The position numbers were made by a program, and so were the translations under genes. The notes under the pieces are model-generated. The model saw nothing but the letters and a program-made list of their open reading frames with translations, did no database searches and was not told where the DNA came from. 64,000 bases of DNA from Antedon mediterranea (lineage: Eukaryota; Animalia; Echinodermata): the NCBI RefSeq assembly GCF_964355755.1, contig NC_092674.1, forward strand, positions 28,148,001 through 28,212,000, written 5' to 3'. This document shows positions 63,516 to 64,000 of the stretch, piece after piece (positions within the stretch are counted from its first letter, which is position 1; every line of letters begins with the position of its first letter).

Positions 63516-64000
63516 TTATGTTTTTAACTTCTTTGGTGGGGGCTCAGTAACATCAGCTGAATCAACGCTGAAACCTGACACCTGGATGAACACCATTTGA
63601 AAAGAAACAAACAATATATTAATACTATGTGCATTAAGTTTACACTCATTTAAAGCTCTGTCTACACTATCAAACAAAATAAGCGTAATATGCCCACATA
63701 TGGTAGTGATATGCCACATAAAGTTTGATAGTGTAGACAGAGCTTAACAAAATATGTGCCAATTAAAAATAAATAAATGTGCCCATGAAAAAAAAATAAA
63801 TGTGCCAATTTTTTTTTTAAATGTGACCATTTAAAAAAAAAACCCAAAAATATGGACTTAGTTTACATTACAAAAACATACTCTCAAAACTTTAATATAT
63901 GAAGTAATAAGCCAATAAGCTTACCTTGGGTTTTACTAGCTTCAGCATTAACTTTTGATGCTGTACATCTGATGCATTGATGCTTAACTGGACAGTAACA
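63516..64000 (-). CDS. 3' end (last two exons) of an unidentified protein-coding gene
   Basis: Exon >64000-63925 ends in AAG|GTAAGC. The terminal exon 63581-63516 follows ...atccag. Joined they read ...VTVQLSINASDVQHQKLMLKLVKPKVSGFSVDSADVTEPPPKKLKT*, with an NLS-like end. The frame is inferred; one other frame is also open across the junction. Confidence 0.55.
63654..63744. mobile_element. Harbinger MITE family A, internally deleted copy
   Basis: taa-AGCTCTGTCTACACTATCAAAC...GTTTGATAGTGTAGACAGAGCT-taa. Confidence 0.85.

Overview
AT-rich, intron-rich animal genomic DNA. It is probably from an invertebrate deuterostome such as an echinoderm; this is inferred from a Deu-domain SINE and vertebrate-like exon structures, not proven. 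I assembled five protein-coding loci by hand: the 5' part of a RING/B-box/coiled-coil/filamin TRIM gene (minus strand, missed by the ORF track), a complete 21-exon PLK4 (about 1019 aa), a complete 18-exon HSP110/HSPA4-family gene (about 860 aa), a 6-exon NDFIP-family gene (about 205 aa), and the last two exons of an unidentified minus-strand gene. Non-coding highlights: (1) two near-identical SNORD17-like long box C/D snoRNAs in HSP110 introns; (2) a 24-unit, 48-bp tandem array at the HSP110 exon-3 boundary in which every unit regenerates a 5' splice site, most of them in frame; (3) about two dozen copies of a Harbinger-type MITE carrying clustered CArG boxes; (4) a 5S rRNA-derived SINE; (5) a Penelope-type hammerhead-like motif; (6) a foldback element rich in TTGCGCAA in PLK4 intron 1; (7) a candidate internal promoter in PLK4 intron 8; (8) a modular hairpin array near the right end. 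All identifications come from reading the sequence and remembered family motifs. No database searches were run.
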